A DNA stretch of 63,668 bases, counting the filler, from Sphacelaria rigidula (lineage: Eukaryota), in NCBI GenBank assembly GCA_964200075.2. It is 5 parts of 5 records of this genome, joined end to end, with 100 filler letters (N's around TTAATTAATTAA, not from the genome) between each part and the next. Parts side by side here need not be neighbours in the genome. Positions count along the whole stretch, not along the records: positions 12,759 to 25,414 come from CAXNAA020003531.1; positions 25,515 to 38,167 come from CAXNAA020003532.1; 3 more parts are not named here. One strand, 5' to 3'. Numbering within the stretch: the stretch's first letter is position 1; every line of letters begins with the position of its first letter. A program made the translations under genes and the position numbers. Of this stretch, positions 23,415 to 34,917 are shown piece after piece. The notes below the pieces were generated by a model, which had not been told where the DNA came from, ran no database searches, and was given only the letters and a program-made list of their open reading frames with translations.

Positions 23415-25213
23415 TACGACCAATAAGCTGCATTCCATGCTGCTGCTTTCTGCCGCCTCTACGTCACTTTGCAGGTGAATATAACTTGGTGACTTTGGAT
23501 GTATGGCTATAGTACAACAGTAGTAGATGATATCTTGTTGTGCGCAAGGAGGCCGACAGCATGCATCATGATTTCCTTGATTGTTTACCGACAAAACGGA
23601 TGGGAGCTCCCACCTGAGAGCCTACGATATACACTGCAGAAGAGTAACGTTTTGGTGGAGTATGCAACCCCATCATGCCATACGGCTTGGTGCGTGATTT
23701 AACATTTGGTCTGACGTCCGAAGGTCTTTCAGTACAAGCTCATTATAGACAGTACATAGCATTGAAAAGACAAGTTATGGCACAGTACAATTTTGAAGCA
23801 CAGCACAGCACGGCACGGCACGGCATAGTGGTTTATTTTCTATGTTTTTGGAAACAATGTTATAAAGTATGTGACTTTACCTATAACCCGCGCCTGGGAG
23901 ACTTGAATCCCTTCAAAACTTGGGTCTGAACCCTTACCCCTAAGAACACCCATACCCTTTGAACGAGGAATCCGAGCAGGACCCAAGGCAGCCATCGCCC
24001 ACCCCAACTTACGCACACTACCCAAGTAGCGCTGGCACAATGAGAACATGGTGGACATGCGTAGGCAAGTACGTGCCATGATCCAGTAAGTGCAGAAACC
24101 AGTCGTAGCCCAAATATTTGGGTCAGCGTTAGAATAGAGCGAATGTCATGAAGGCAGAGACTAACTGTACACCAAATATGAAGTTTCGAAGGTACGCGAT
24201 TTACATATAAGCTTCGATATGCGCAGGTATAAACCATTGTCGATTCATGTATTGCTGACAACAATGTCTACTTTTCGGCGGGGGAGGGAGGGGGAAGGTT
24301 GCGACCAATCGTCTGTATCCCGCACTGCTGCTTCCTGCTACCTCTGCGTCACCTTACAGGTGAGTATCATTTGGTGGTTTTGGATGTATCGAGAACAATT
24401 GAATCGATACCCGCGAGGTGGAAGATATATTTCGTTCAGCGCAAGGAAGCCTACAAGAAGGACGACAGCTGCCGCCTCGGAGTTTATACACAGCCGAAGA
24501 GCAAAGGCCGTATTGGTACAGTCAACAAGTCACTTGATGTGAGCGGACCTTTTGGTGCGAGGTCATGACAGACAATACAGCACGACGCAGCGATGAAACG
24601 GCGTATTTTTTGTCAGAGTGGAGTACAACGTCGACGTGACTACAACAACCTGCGCCTGGGAAACTTGGCCCCCACCCTTGGAAGTGAAGTCTGGACATGT
24701 ACCCACCATTGCACGTTCATATTGTGCTGAAAAGTTGGGGTGGAAGTCCAGGTCCCCGGGGGTTACCAAGGCAACCATACTAGGCGCCACGTAACCTCCA
24801 TGGTAGTCTGTATGGGTGAACATATCTTAAACTTGCGCGAGGCACGGCAGTCGGGTACGATGCCGTCGTTGTTCGATGTTTTCCACAAGGACGAGAAACA
24901 TCAACCATTGTGATCTCCGTAACCGAAAGCGCATGCATCACGCGTTCGACATCTCGTGCAAGCAGAATTCTCCGCCAAGCGAAGATGGTTCTCGTCAGTC
25001 CAGGCGAGAACGACAAAAACACGCAGGCCACCACCCGTCGATACGACAGTAACAAAGTGAAAAAATGCAACATTGCGGAGGAAAGCACGTTCCTGCCGTT
25101 CCCGAGGTTCCGCAACCCTACTTTCGTGTACAACATCCACCAAAGGGTTTCCGACATGTCAGGCTCGTAGCGAGCTCATTTGGTTTGCCATGAGAGGATC
25201 CTTCTTCGACGCA
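23415..25213 (+). pseudogene. Decayed KDZ-like transposase (copy B) with an internal duplicated segment
   Basis: ..DDSCR..NKSLD exon (24360-24538); TCARHG at 24831 and HAFDISCK (F codon at 24945) in one frame; then FVYNIH and KGFPTCQARSELIWFAMRGSFFD in shifted frames. The order follows the KDZ catalytic core. Confidence 0.6.
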
Positions 25214-25414
25214 AGTAACCTGCGTGTGTTTCACAAAACATATCATCCACGAACTGAACATAATAACTAGAGTTCGAACACCGTCTCTGCGGGAGCCATG
25301 CTTATGGAAGCAGATAACTTCTCATTTTTTGACGACAAATCATTCCAGGGTCGGACAAATAATGATTCGTCCGAAAATTACTTGGTTTTCGTATGATGAG
25401 TCGACTCGTGATGA

Positions 25415-25514
25415 NNNNNNNNNNNNNNNNNNNNNNNNNNNNNNNNNNNNNNNNNNNNTTAATTAATTAANNNNNNNNNNNNNNNNNNNNNNNNNNNNNN
25501 NNNNNNNNNNNNNN
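25415..25514. other. Artificial contig linker
   Basis: N44-TTAATTAATTAA-N44. Confidence 0.99.
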
Positions 25515-26013
25515 CTGTGCGCAGATCTGGGCTTCGATCTGAGCAAAACTGCTTGTCGATAAGACGCAGCACTGGTCGTTGTGAGGGCAATCGCTTCTCC
25601 AAAAGTGATTTTTTGAAAAGTGAGAATCACTTCTGATAAGACCCCGCCTAAGCAGAGGCATCAGCAGCGTGCAGTAGACCTATCTTCAGTGGAGAGCAAT
25701 GGCATGCTGATTGAGTCTTGCACTTGTATCCAACAAAGACATGCAGCATACAGTACATACTGACTCCGCACGAATTTGACTGCGGTAGAAACCGGTTAGG
25801 GTTTGTGCGGTACTATTTTCTGTATGTTTTATATGCCAAACACCCACATGTTCATGGAGCAAGACGTTTTGCGTAGTGAAAAAACAGTTGTTCTGAATCA
25901 GACATGTGGCGTAGACCATTTGAGTCCATCTGAAGGGTATCACAGTCTAGGGGCTCATAAACTCTGCATGCAGACTCAAACTGCTGCCTGGACAGGCAAT
26001 TTTACGCCAGCTG

Positions 26014-26335
26014 TCGACAACCTCCCGTAAAGACCTGTGCACACAACTTCCTTAGTTTGTCTCGTCCATATCGACCGTTCAAATATGTTGGCGACACCGT
26101 GCCGTTACAGCGTGTTGTACTAGATAGTTCTGACTGTACTGTGCCTCTGGGCAAAACCACCCTGCTTGGCGGGCAGATCCACTCGAGATGATGTGACCCG
26201 TCAGGAACAGAGGCATGCTTGATCCAGAGATAAGACACGCCCGAAAGACAGTCATCAACCAACTACTTCGTCGGTAGACACCGACAGGATAAGTTGAGGA
26301 AGTTGTGTGCCCATGTTGGTAGGGCAGGTTGTCGA
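26014..26335. mobile_element. Old foldback/MITE with about 60-bp imperfect TIRs
   Basis: tcgacaacct...gcacacaacttcct versus aggaagttgtgtgc...aggttgtcga. Confidence 0.7.
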
Positions 26336-27106
26336 TTGTGGTTGACTCGTGGTCACTCGTACGGTAGTGCTGACCCAATCCGCGAGACCTGAAGGCAAGG
26401 TGTGTAACTGAGAAAGATGGGGCTGACCCCTTGAGACTATGGGCTCTTCCCTAGGCAGGCGAGGGATTCAAAGTGCAATTAAAAAAGTGCGCCTCGCATA
26501 CCAGCCACCCAGCGCCCCACCCAGTTTGGCCGGGACTGTTAGACAGCGATTTTGTTCGGAACATGGCGTCACACTCAAATCAGAAAACTGTTTGGTCGCC
26601 AAGGTGTACCCATGTGTGTAAGTGATATCTTCCTGACTTGAAAACATTCTACCAGACTCCGGCGTCTATCTGCTGGCGCAAAAAGGTTTGAATACCTCGT
26701 TGACACCTGAAAAGCATAAGCAAGGCCGCAGACGTCTTGGAGTGCAAGGGTCGCCGCCACACCCGGGTCGAGGTCGTTGGCGGCAGCAAATCGGCTCACG
26801 TACGGCTCCAACTGTCGTCAAACAGGATCGAGGAAATGGCGCGAAAAACAAACAGGGAAAAAAAATCGTCAAGAGGAAGCAAACTCGCAGGGAAACGATG
26901 CAAATATATCATATGGGATTACTCGTGAAAATGGAGAACAGGTGACCTGGAACGAAGAAGGCCAGGAAGCGCAGAGTGATATTGGGGGTCGTAAAGGCAC
27001 ACACGTATTCGTTGACTCCTATTCGTTGTTGGGCGGTTTAGTTGACCTTAACATTATGAGAAAAGACAGTACCAAAGTCTTACACCCTACAGTAATTAAC
27101 ACACGA

Positions 27107-27292
27107 TCCTGAAAACTGGGAACGATTTTTTTCAATGGGAACGAGCTGAGGTGGAAATGGTTTATGATATTGAACCAAGTACACGTCAAACGCGCCTTGG
27201 AGGCAACCTCTGTCGGGAGCTAGGTTCAATATCATATACAAGTTCCACCTCTAACCGTTCCCACATAAAAATCTCAGTCGCACTTTTCAGGA
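27107..27292. mobile_element. About 185-bp hairpin MITE in an intron
   Basis: tcctgaaaa..tgggaacg..gaggtggaa..tatgatattgaacc pairs with ggttcaatatcata..ttccacctc..cgttccca..ttttcagga. Confidence 0.8.
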
Positions 27293-27832
27293 CTTCCTGT
27301 TGACTTTCAAAAGTCGGGTGAAATCCTGCATGAGCGCCCCCCAAGTGTACAGCTCTCTTTTGCGTGTACTCGTAGCATACTCTGCCGTTTGTTCGTGTAC
27401 CTCCGCGCGACTAGCGTTGAGCTGTAGGTCCATCAACCGTTCTAGATCGTGCAGCGTCGCATCGATTTCCCCGGACAGCTGAAGGACTCGCGAGTCGGTG
27501 AGCAGAAAGCGGCGAGATATTACAGAAATCGGACACGCAAATCAACACAAAAACGAAAACGATCAGCGCGTTGGGAATATCATTTTTAAAAAGGGCATGC
27601 GTTCATGTCCAGGTCTTACCCCTGTCGCTGTATATCATGACAGCTCGTGAGGGATCATTCAGGACGTATTTGCGTAGATCTCGTCTCCACCGAATTCAAC
27701 GGCAACGCATCTTTCGGGTGGTGCTTCAATACCTCTGGAAATTTGTTCATGAGCTTCTTCACAGCACATACTTACTGGAAACGGACAATGAGGCACCCCG
27801 TCTGGTGATATGTAGTGGAAGCAGTACCCTTC

Positions 27833-27881
<49 letters not shown>

Positions 27882-27891
27882 NNNNNNNNNN
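27833..27891. other. Poly-C run plus 10-N gap (low-quality sequence)
   Basis: Direct reading. Confidence 0.9.
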
Positions 27892-29916
27892 TTTTTCCCG
27901 GACCTAACTTCCGGGAACCGGACAATAGGCCCCCCGGCCGGGGAAAAGGTGGGGGAAGCATTCCCTTCCCCCCCCCCCCCCCCAGAACACCCGAGCCCCT
28001 AACCTTCGCGCCCGTAATACGAAACGTTTGTGTGCCCATATCGATGTCAGTCTTCAACACAACATGATCGCGCCCCTCTGGTCGTTGCCCATCCCCTGCA
28101 TCTCGCAACAGTCCCTCCCCCTCAATCTCCCCGTCTTCTTGCCCTTGTCCATCGAGAAATGCCTTCACCGCGGCTCTCTGCTCCGCCGTCCGGCAAAGCG
28201 TGAAGAGGTTCGAGGATACCGCGTGTTTGAACGGTCGTGGGATTACATTGGGCCTCAAGTTGGGCGCCTTCGCTCTGAGTAGATCCAGCATCCTTCGTAC
28301 GGCACGTCAGCAGTCGGGCTTCGGCGTCGGTTTTGTTGCTGTTCGATAGACCATTGCTTGCTCGAAGACGACAGGACACTGCACAGGATACCCAACTGCC
28401 AAATCTTGACTAGACAAAGGACGCACAAAATATTGTAGGATCTACAGTACAGTTGTACAATATAACACAACAGTGTTATGCACCCTGGACAGTACAGTCA
28501 GCAGTCTAATGCCCGTAGCAACTGCGCCCGTGGGCTCCCGCAGGGGCTGGATAGATATGCGTGCAGATACCACAACACAGTGCAGTAGTGCTGTCGTTGA
28601 CACTGGCACACGAAACGAGGATCCAAAGCGGGGAGGTCAATACTTCTATATAGCCGAGTGAGGTCTGTTCTTCACGGCCAGCAGTCACGGCCAACAGCCG
28701 ACACAGCGGGTGAAGTTCAAAGCTTCCCAAGAAGACGGTAACTTGGTGGGGTCATGAACTGGCTAACACTTTAACTGGTCACTTTCAGTGCATTGGCAAA
28801 TCCTGATTAACGGTTAATTTCAGTTATCCGGCAAATACTGGTTAACTAACCTGCTGGAGAAAAAAATGACCCTTGACCCTGGCGTGGGCGATCAGGGTAT
28901 CGAATACATTCTCAAGTGAAAATGATGCCGATTCAACGGAGAAATCTCGTCTGTAATACATATGTACGGTAGTACAGTCTGGACAGTAGACATCATACAA
29001 GAGTGGTGATGTAGTAGTATTTATTACTGTAAGTACTGTACAGTGTTCGAACTCTACACACGCGGCCAATCGGCTTCTCCCTGAAATCTCACTAGAGCTA
29101 TCGCGTTTTTTCTTCTAGAGGGCAAAATGGCTCTCTAGAGGATAAGATTCCCTCTAGTGGGTCATAATCCTCTGGGATGGACAATATACAAAGCCGCTGG
29201 AAGACAAATGATGCTCTTGAGCACATGATTTTACCGACGGTGACTCTGAAGAAAATTGGGAAAAAAGCCTCGCAAAGATACACCGATGATAGACTCTGAA
29301 GCACTTTCACGACTCCAACGGAGACAACGGTGCAATATCCTCCAGTGCGTAAATTTATGTCTGGAGTTCGCACTACATCAAGTCTCTGGAGGACACTTGT
29401 GTCCTCTACAGGACAACCATCCAATATTCCTCTGGAGGAGCAACCGATAATGGCCTCCAGGGCACTTTGCGACTCCAGCTATCTTGAATGAACCACCACG
29501 CCGGATACCACCCGCTGTTCACAGAACCATGCAAACCCTACACAACTCATTCTCAGCTACACCCGCAACCCTGCAGCATAGAGCACGAGTTGGGCACAGG
29601 GGTAGGTACAATGCAGTTGTTGGGTACGATGTGTACATCTCTTGTTAATGAAAAATTGAGCATCTTTGATGGTGGGGATCGGCGACGGAACTGCGTGGTA
29701 CGGCGGACGACCAATTTGCGTATACTCATGGACAGTTCAGGCAGAACAAAGATGCGCGTTGTTCAAGTCTCCATCACGTCGCACTGTAAGCAGAGAGTAT
29801 AGATAGTCCTGCGCTGTCTGTGCTACACTTCGCCCGCGTTTCTTCCACATCCTACTCTACGAAAGATGCACATACACTCACTCCGGTTAGCAACGTGTAT
29901 CGCAGCTGACGGCATG

Positions 29917-31859
29917 TCACAGGTGGACACTTTGCTACACCTTGTGAACATCTTGCGAAGGTGGAGACCTTGTGAACGACCTCGTGAACACCTTCGGAAG
30001 GTCCCAAAGCCTCAAATTGACTCAAATTGGCCTTCGACAATGTGCACGATTGTAGAAGGTTGCTTGACACAGCAACCTTGCGAGGGTGAACACCCTGAGA
30101 AGGTCTGAGGTATACAAGCACACACTGTGCGAGGTTGTAGAGGGTTCCTTGACACAGCACCTTGTTGTGTGAGTGGACATCATGACGGGGTATGATATAT
30201 TGTGCCAACATTGAAATCCTCTGGATTGCATGTTTCTGAAATCCCATTCTTGCCACAGCATATTTGGAAATTGTGCAGCGCGGGGGTTGTTCAGGGTAAA
30301 TCTTCGTTTTCCCCAATTTGGGATTCTGTTCATTTTTCAAATGCCAAATTGGGAAAAACGAGGATTTGAATCGTTTTTTTTACGTTTATATCCTCGCTTT
30401 ACCCAATTTGGACTTTTTTTTGAATTTACAAATAGGGAAAAACGAGGATTAACCCAGACAGCCCCTGCTGTACAATCCCATACGCTAGCATGTGGAAGAT
30501 GTATAGCAAAGGATTCTCGAAAGTCCTCGTTTCGGCCACCAATTTTACCTGAAATTGGGCAAAAAGTTGACTTGCGAGCAGCCTTTGCGGTCCAAGCCGA
30601 CATACTATGCTGTTGCCAGCGTATGACACTCAAACTGCAGAGATTATCGAAAACTCGTCTTGCCTCTCAATCAAATTAGTTGGGCAGGACCGGGACTTTC
30701 AACACCTTCTGCTGGTGAAATTCCATGCACGGCTGCAACTGCATATCTCGACGGCAATACATACATCACTGTCTTACTGAATTGATGGGGTTTGAAAACC
30801 CTGTAGTCCGTTGCCTACCAGTCGTATTGTGCATCTACAGGGTAAATATACCGCATGCGGCTTCTGTACTTTGATAGAGGTACGAGTCAGTAACTCTACG
30901 ATTGGTAGACAACGGACTACGCGGTTTCAAAACCCGTGTGATTACATCTGCGAGGTATGTTCGTACCACCACTATCTACTTTGGCTGCAAAAGCTGTACC
31001 CGGTACAGCGTGCTCGCGTGGACACACACTCTTAGTCGGTGTATGGGATTCGTACTTTGATAGAGGTACGAGTCGGTAACTCTACGATTGATAGACAACG
31101 GACTACGCGGTTTCAAAACCCGTGTGATTACATCTGCGAGGTATGTTCGTCCCACCACTATCTACTCTGGCTGCAAAAGCTGTACCCGGTACAGCGTGCT
31201 CGCGTGGACACACACTCTCAGTCGGTGTATGGAATCTCATACAGCGAAGGCTGTTGAAGAATTATATTATTTTGTCCAATTGATATACGAATTGGGGGAC
31301 AAGAGGGCGAATTTTCAACAATTTCTGCTGCCTCTCGAATCTCATCCGCTGATTACGGTGCAGTATGTGGGACTTGAACAGCCGAGACTGCTCGCAAATA
31401 AGTTTTTTTTGCCCAATTTCAGAACGAACTGGTGGGCAAAATGAGGATTAATTTCGAACAGCTTCTGCTGTATACCAATCCCGTCTACCAGTGTATATGT
31501 GATTTGTATAGCCCCTGCTGTTTGAAAGAAATCCCGTATTCCCGATTCGAAATCTGGAATCGGGCATAAAGGGTTTATTTCGAACAGCAGAGGCTGTTCA
31601 AATTCCGGATTTCCGTCGCACCAGTGCCTTCAAAAACAATCCGGAGGATTTCCATATCGACAGAATCCCTCTAGAGGGGGAGCCTGACCCCCAGAGGACG
31701 CGATATCGTTGAAAACCCTCTAAAGGATTTCAAATGCTCAAGATGGCGTACGACCTTCGCAAGGACAAGACCTTGCGAAGGTCTGACACCTTCGAAGGTG
31801 TGCACGGTGGCGAAGGTCAGCGTCATGTACAGCGGCGAGAGCAAAGTGTTCACCTGTGA
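29917..31859. mobile_element. About 1.94-kb non-autonomous TIR element with nested insertions
   Basis: TIR tcacaggtgRacactttgct (20 bp, one mismatch); subterminal accttcg/cgaagg repeats at both ends; flanks tg/ta. Confidence 0.8.
30866..31232. repeat. 186-bp near-identical tandem duplication
   Basis: Units start at 30866 and 31052, with few mismatches. Confidence 0.97.
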
Positions 31860-32449
31860 TACCACCCCCCGATCCAAATTTGCACGCATGCAATTTTTAG
31901 CGATGCGTAGCGCATACCGCGTACTCTACAGTGGCACCGCACGTTCCTGCACTGTATAATACGGTACAGTACAGCACCATACCATGTTTGTACTGATTCG
32001 TATCCCTACCAAAATATAAACCGCGACCAAAACTATTCGATGGCCTCTTGGTCCAGCTTGCTGTTTTGTGCATAATGGTGCACTTGGGACCACGGGCTTG
32101 TTGGAAGTGAGGTATATACAAAAGAAAGCGTACATTCCAGAAGTCGAGTATCACTGACGGTTCGTAGCATGGTGGTGTGTAAGTATACTGGCAGCCAGTG
32201 TATGCGATTTCTACAGCAGAGGCTGTTGGAAAATCCTCGTCGTGCCCAATTGATATGAATCGGCGGGCACGACGAGTTTTTTTTCACAATTTCTGCTGTT
32301 CGAATCTCATACACTGACGAACGTACAGTACATGGGATTCATACAGTAGATGCTGTTCGAAAACCCTCGCTTTGTCCAATTTCAGGATGAATCGGCGGAA
32401 AAAATTAGGACTTTCGAACAGTCTCTGCTGTGCAAATCCCACACACTGT

Positions 32450-34501
32450 TATGGGCGCGCCTGACCCCCCAAAATGGGCAAAAAAAATGTCACCGACCAC
32501 AAGCACGAACAGACACGAACAGACCGACTTCTGGGGCTTATCCAGGCTCGTCGGGTAAAATGTGCCTTACGTCATCGGAAGAGAACGGCATGGATCCAAA
32601 ATTCATATCGAGAAAGAGTGTACTGCATTCAAAATCAGAACCCTACCGTTATTTCCGTTGTTGTTCCTCATATATTACATGCCACTGGGTCGCTTTTCGT
32701 CCGCGCTTCCGATACCCTGGCATGCAAAGAGGCTGGTTGGGTTGAACAAACCCAACGCACACCGATAACTCTCGGGCAAGGGCGGTAGATACAGTCCCTG
32801 CAGAAAGTGAGGCCTTGGTAGACCCTAAATTGGCGCCTGTGGCACCGATTTCAACGAAAACGCGTTGCGCGCAGCCGAGGAGCACACGGGACCGTCAGCC
32901 CTACTAAAATTCCGATTCTCGTTGTACGCACTCAAATCAAGTAGATTCAACCATGAACATTTGTAGCCCAACGCCGGTAATTGAAACCAGGAAGCTGAAC
33001 CATTTTTTTGGGGGGGTGCGGATCAAAGTTGGGTCAACATGATGTGCTCAACATACGACCGAGTCATATGTACTGATGAACTTCAACGAGGACGGCCCGT
33101 ACACAGAGGAGTGGCGTACAAATAGTTACCGGGTGTGTAATGTGGGCTGGGCAGGTGTTGGTCCACCACCTCGTCATGGTTTGAGGAGCTTGGTTTATCG
33201 GCTGCCATGATTCCACAGCTTTTGTCGGGCGAATGACTCGCGTTTCAAAGTGTATTTGTTGTTCCGTGGGTATGGCTTTTCATTTGATGAATATGGTATT
33301 AATTAGCTCTTTGACCGCGACGGTTGGTCACATGCTGAATCGGCATCAATTCTCACATGAAAAAAGTATGCATAGTCCATATGGACTACACTCGCGGTCT
33401 AGACTCCAAAGATGTTGTGTTGCAAGAGGGAATGAAAATAAACGGTCGTCCGTTACCCACCAGTATCGATACCACAGATGCATGTCCTAGGACGGGTGGG
33501 TCCACTGAAAGACATGAATGAAGCTTCGGTGCGATGTGGCTTCAGCGAAAGTGGGCGGACGACTTTATGCTGTCTTTTGGATCGTCTTGACGCAGTATAC
33601 TTTACCATTCGGGGGGGGGTAAGTTGGTTCATCTTGATCTTCGTGTGGAAACCGAAATCCTGATCTTTCATGGGGACTGTGCTCCTTGCATGCCCAGAAC
33701 GCGTTTTTGTCTAAATCGGCGCCTGGGGCGTCGATTTAAGCTCTGGCAACGCACCCTTTGCCCAGGCAACACGTTGCACCCCTCTTGCCCGAGGAATCTC
33801 GATATGCCTTCATTGTGGTTAGGGTCAGGGCCAGTGTTATAATTTGTTCTCTCCGCTGCTGCGAGGCCGCGAAGATGATTCTAGCTTCTGGGGGTTCAGT
33901 CGAAGGTTCAAATTCTATACCTCTTGTCGAACATTCCACATATCTGATGTATCAACCATCTGCACTATCAAGAGTCATTCATGGGTGTCATCTATTCTGA
34001 GGCCGTTAGACAGGAGTGAGGTTTTCGCGTTTTGTGGAGACCGGCGAGGGTTGGAGGCGCGTGTTTGCGATCATAGTCCAATCTGTCTCAGAGAATACTC
34101 ATCGCCACAGCCATCGATTGGGATGCGACTTTTTGCATCATCTGCGCCAAGACAACAGCTGCAATTGTACCAGGATGCGAGTTTTATAACGAATTTCGTG
34201 AAAAAAACGTGTTTGTTTTTTTTTGCGATTTTCTCTATCACCGTAACGTCTTTGGTGAAACCATGCCGTCCGATTGTAGCTTGAACAAATACACGCCGGT
34301 GAGTAGCCGAGCCACGCCGTGGTTCGTACTCCGGAACAAGAAAACTTCGAAACCGTGGAATGGAAACCCTGCTCAAATCAAAAGTACTCTGAGGGATTTT
34401 GCAGCGTGCATAGTCAAGGGATGAACGAGGTCTCCGGTCTGTTCGTGCTTTTGGTCGGTGACACGTTTTGGGCTCATTTTGGGGGGTCAGGCACGCCCAT
34501 A
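32450..34501. mobile_element. About 2.05-kb TIR element with TATGGGCG termini and decayed interior
   Basis: About 65-bp imperfect TIRs (tatgggcgYgcctgaccccccaaaatg...gtcaccgacca..agcacgaacagac); actgt on both flanks. Confidence 0.85.
33308..33402 (-). mobile_element. About 95-bp mini-MITE, piggyBac-like family
   Basis: gaccgcga...tcgcggtc TIR; interior matches 60294-60387. Confidence 0.7.
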
Positions 34502-34532
34502 ACTGTACTGCTAATGTGTAGGATTCGATAGA

Positions 34533-34917
34533 CATGGATGTCTATCATGGGCATCCCACATGGATGTCCCACGTGGATCCATCGTGGGTATGGATGTCCG
34601 TCATGGATATCCATCTGGGATGTTGATGAACATCCATGACGAACGAACACGTCCATCATGGATATCGCAGATGATATCCATATCCATCTGGGTTATTGAT
34701 GAACATCCATGATGAATGAACATATCCATCATGGATATCACAGATGGCAATGGATATCCATCATGGGTATCAGATTCATCATGAATATCCCAGGTGAATA
34801 TCCATGTCCATGTATGATATCCAAGATGGATATCCAAGATGGATATCCAAGATGGATATCCAAGGTAAACATCAATCATGACCTGATATCCCAGATGGAT
34901 ACTCCCGATGGATATCT
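34533..34917. repeat. Self-complementary ATGGATATCCAT-based low-complexity array
   Basis: Many tggatatcca/catccat/atggat motifs. Confidence 0.92.

Larger units (their letters stand above)
26707..28379 (-). pseudogene. Disrupted multi-exon gene of unknown function. Exons about 28379-28004, 27732-27620, 27479-27402, 26811-26707.
   Basis: Splice-bounded protein-like frames (MLDLLRAKAP...ITGAK; VLKHHPKDALPL/IRWRRDLRKYVLNDPSRAVMIYSDR; LSGEIDATLHDLERLMD...; LEPYVSRFAAAND...) with one TGA and one frameshift. Confidence 0.5.

Noticed and set aside
24563..25219. Minus-strand exon-like ORFs (MFTHTDYHGG.., MSETLWWMLYTK..)
   Set aside because: No consistent phase or recognisable domain; antisense to the KDZ core.
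27571..28002. Poly-Pro/poly-Gly ORFs
   Set aside because: Caused by a homopolymer and N gap in low-quality, probably intronic sequence.
22599..28379. One long minus-strand gene with several in-frame TGA (selenoprotein or recoding)
   Set aside because: It spans an artificial linker. The TGAs occur alongside frameshifts and other stops, and the 24-25 kb part is better explained by plus-strand KDZ motifs.
29092..29480. Segment rich in cctctRgagg motifs as a defined MITE
   Set aside because: Motif repetition is visible, but no convincing TIR pair could be fixed.
20943..29790. 300-bp inverted repeats enclosing gene fragments (Pack-MULE-like giant element)
   Set aside because: The two copies are on different contigs, and homology extends past the apparent ends. 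This is a dispersed repeat.
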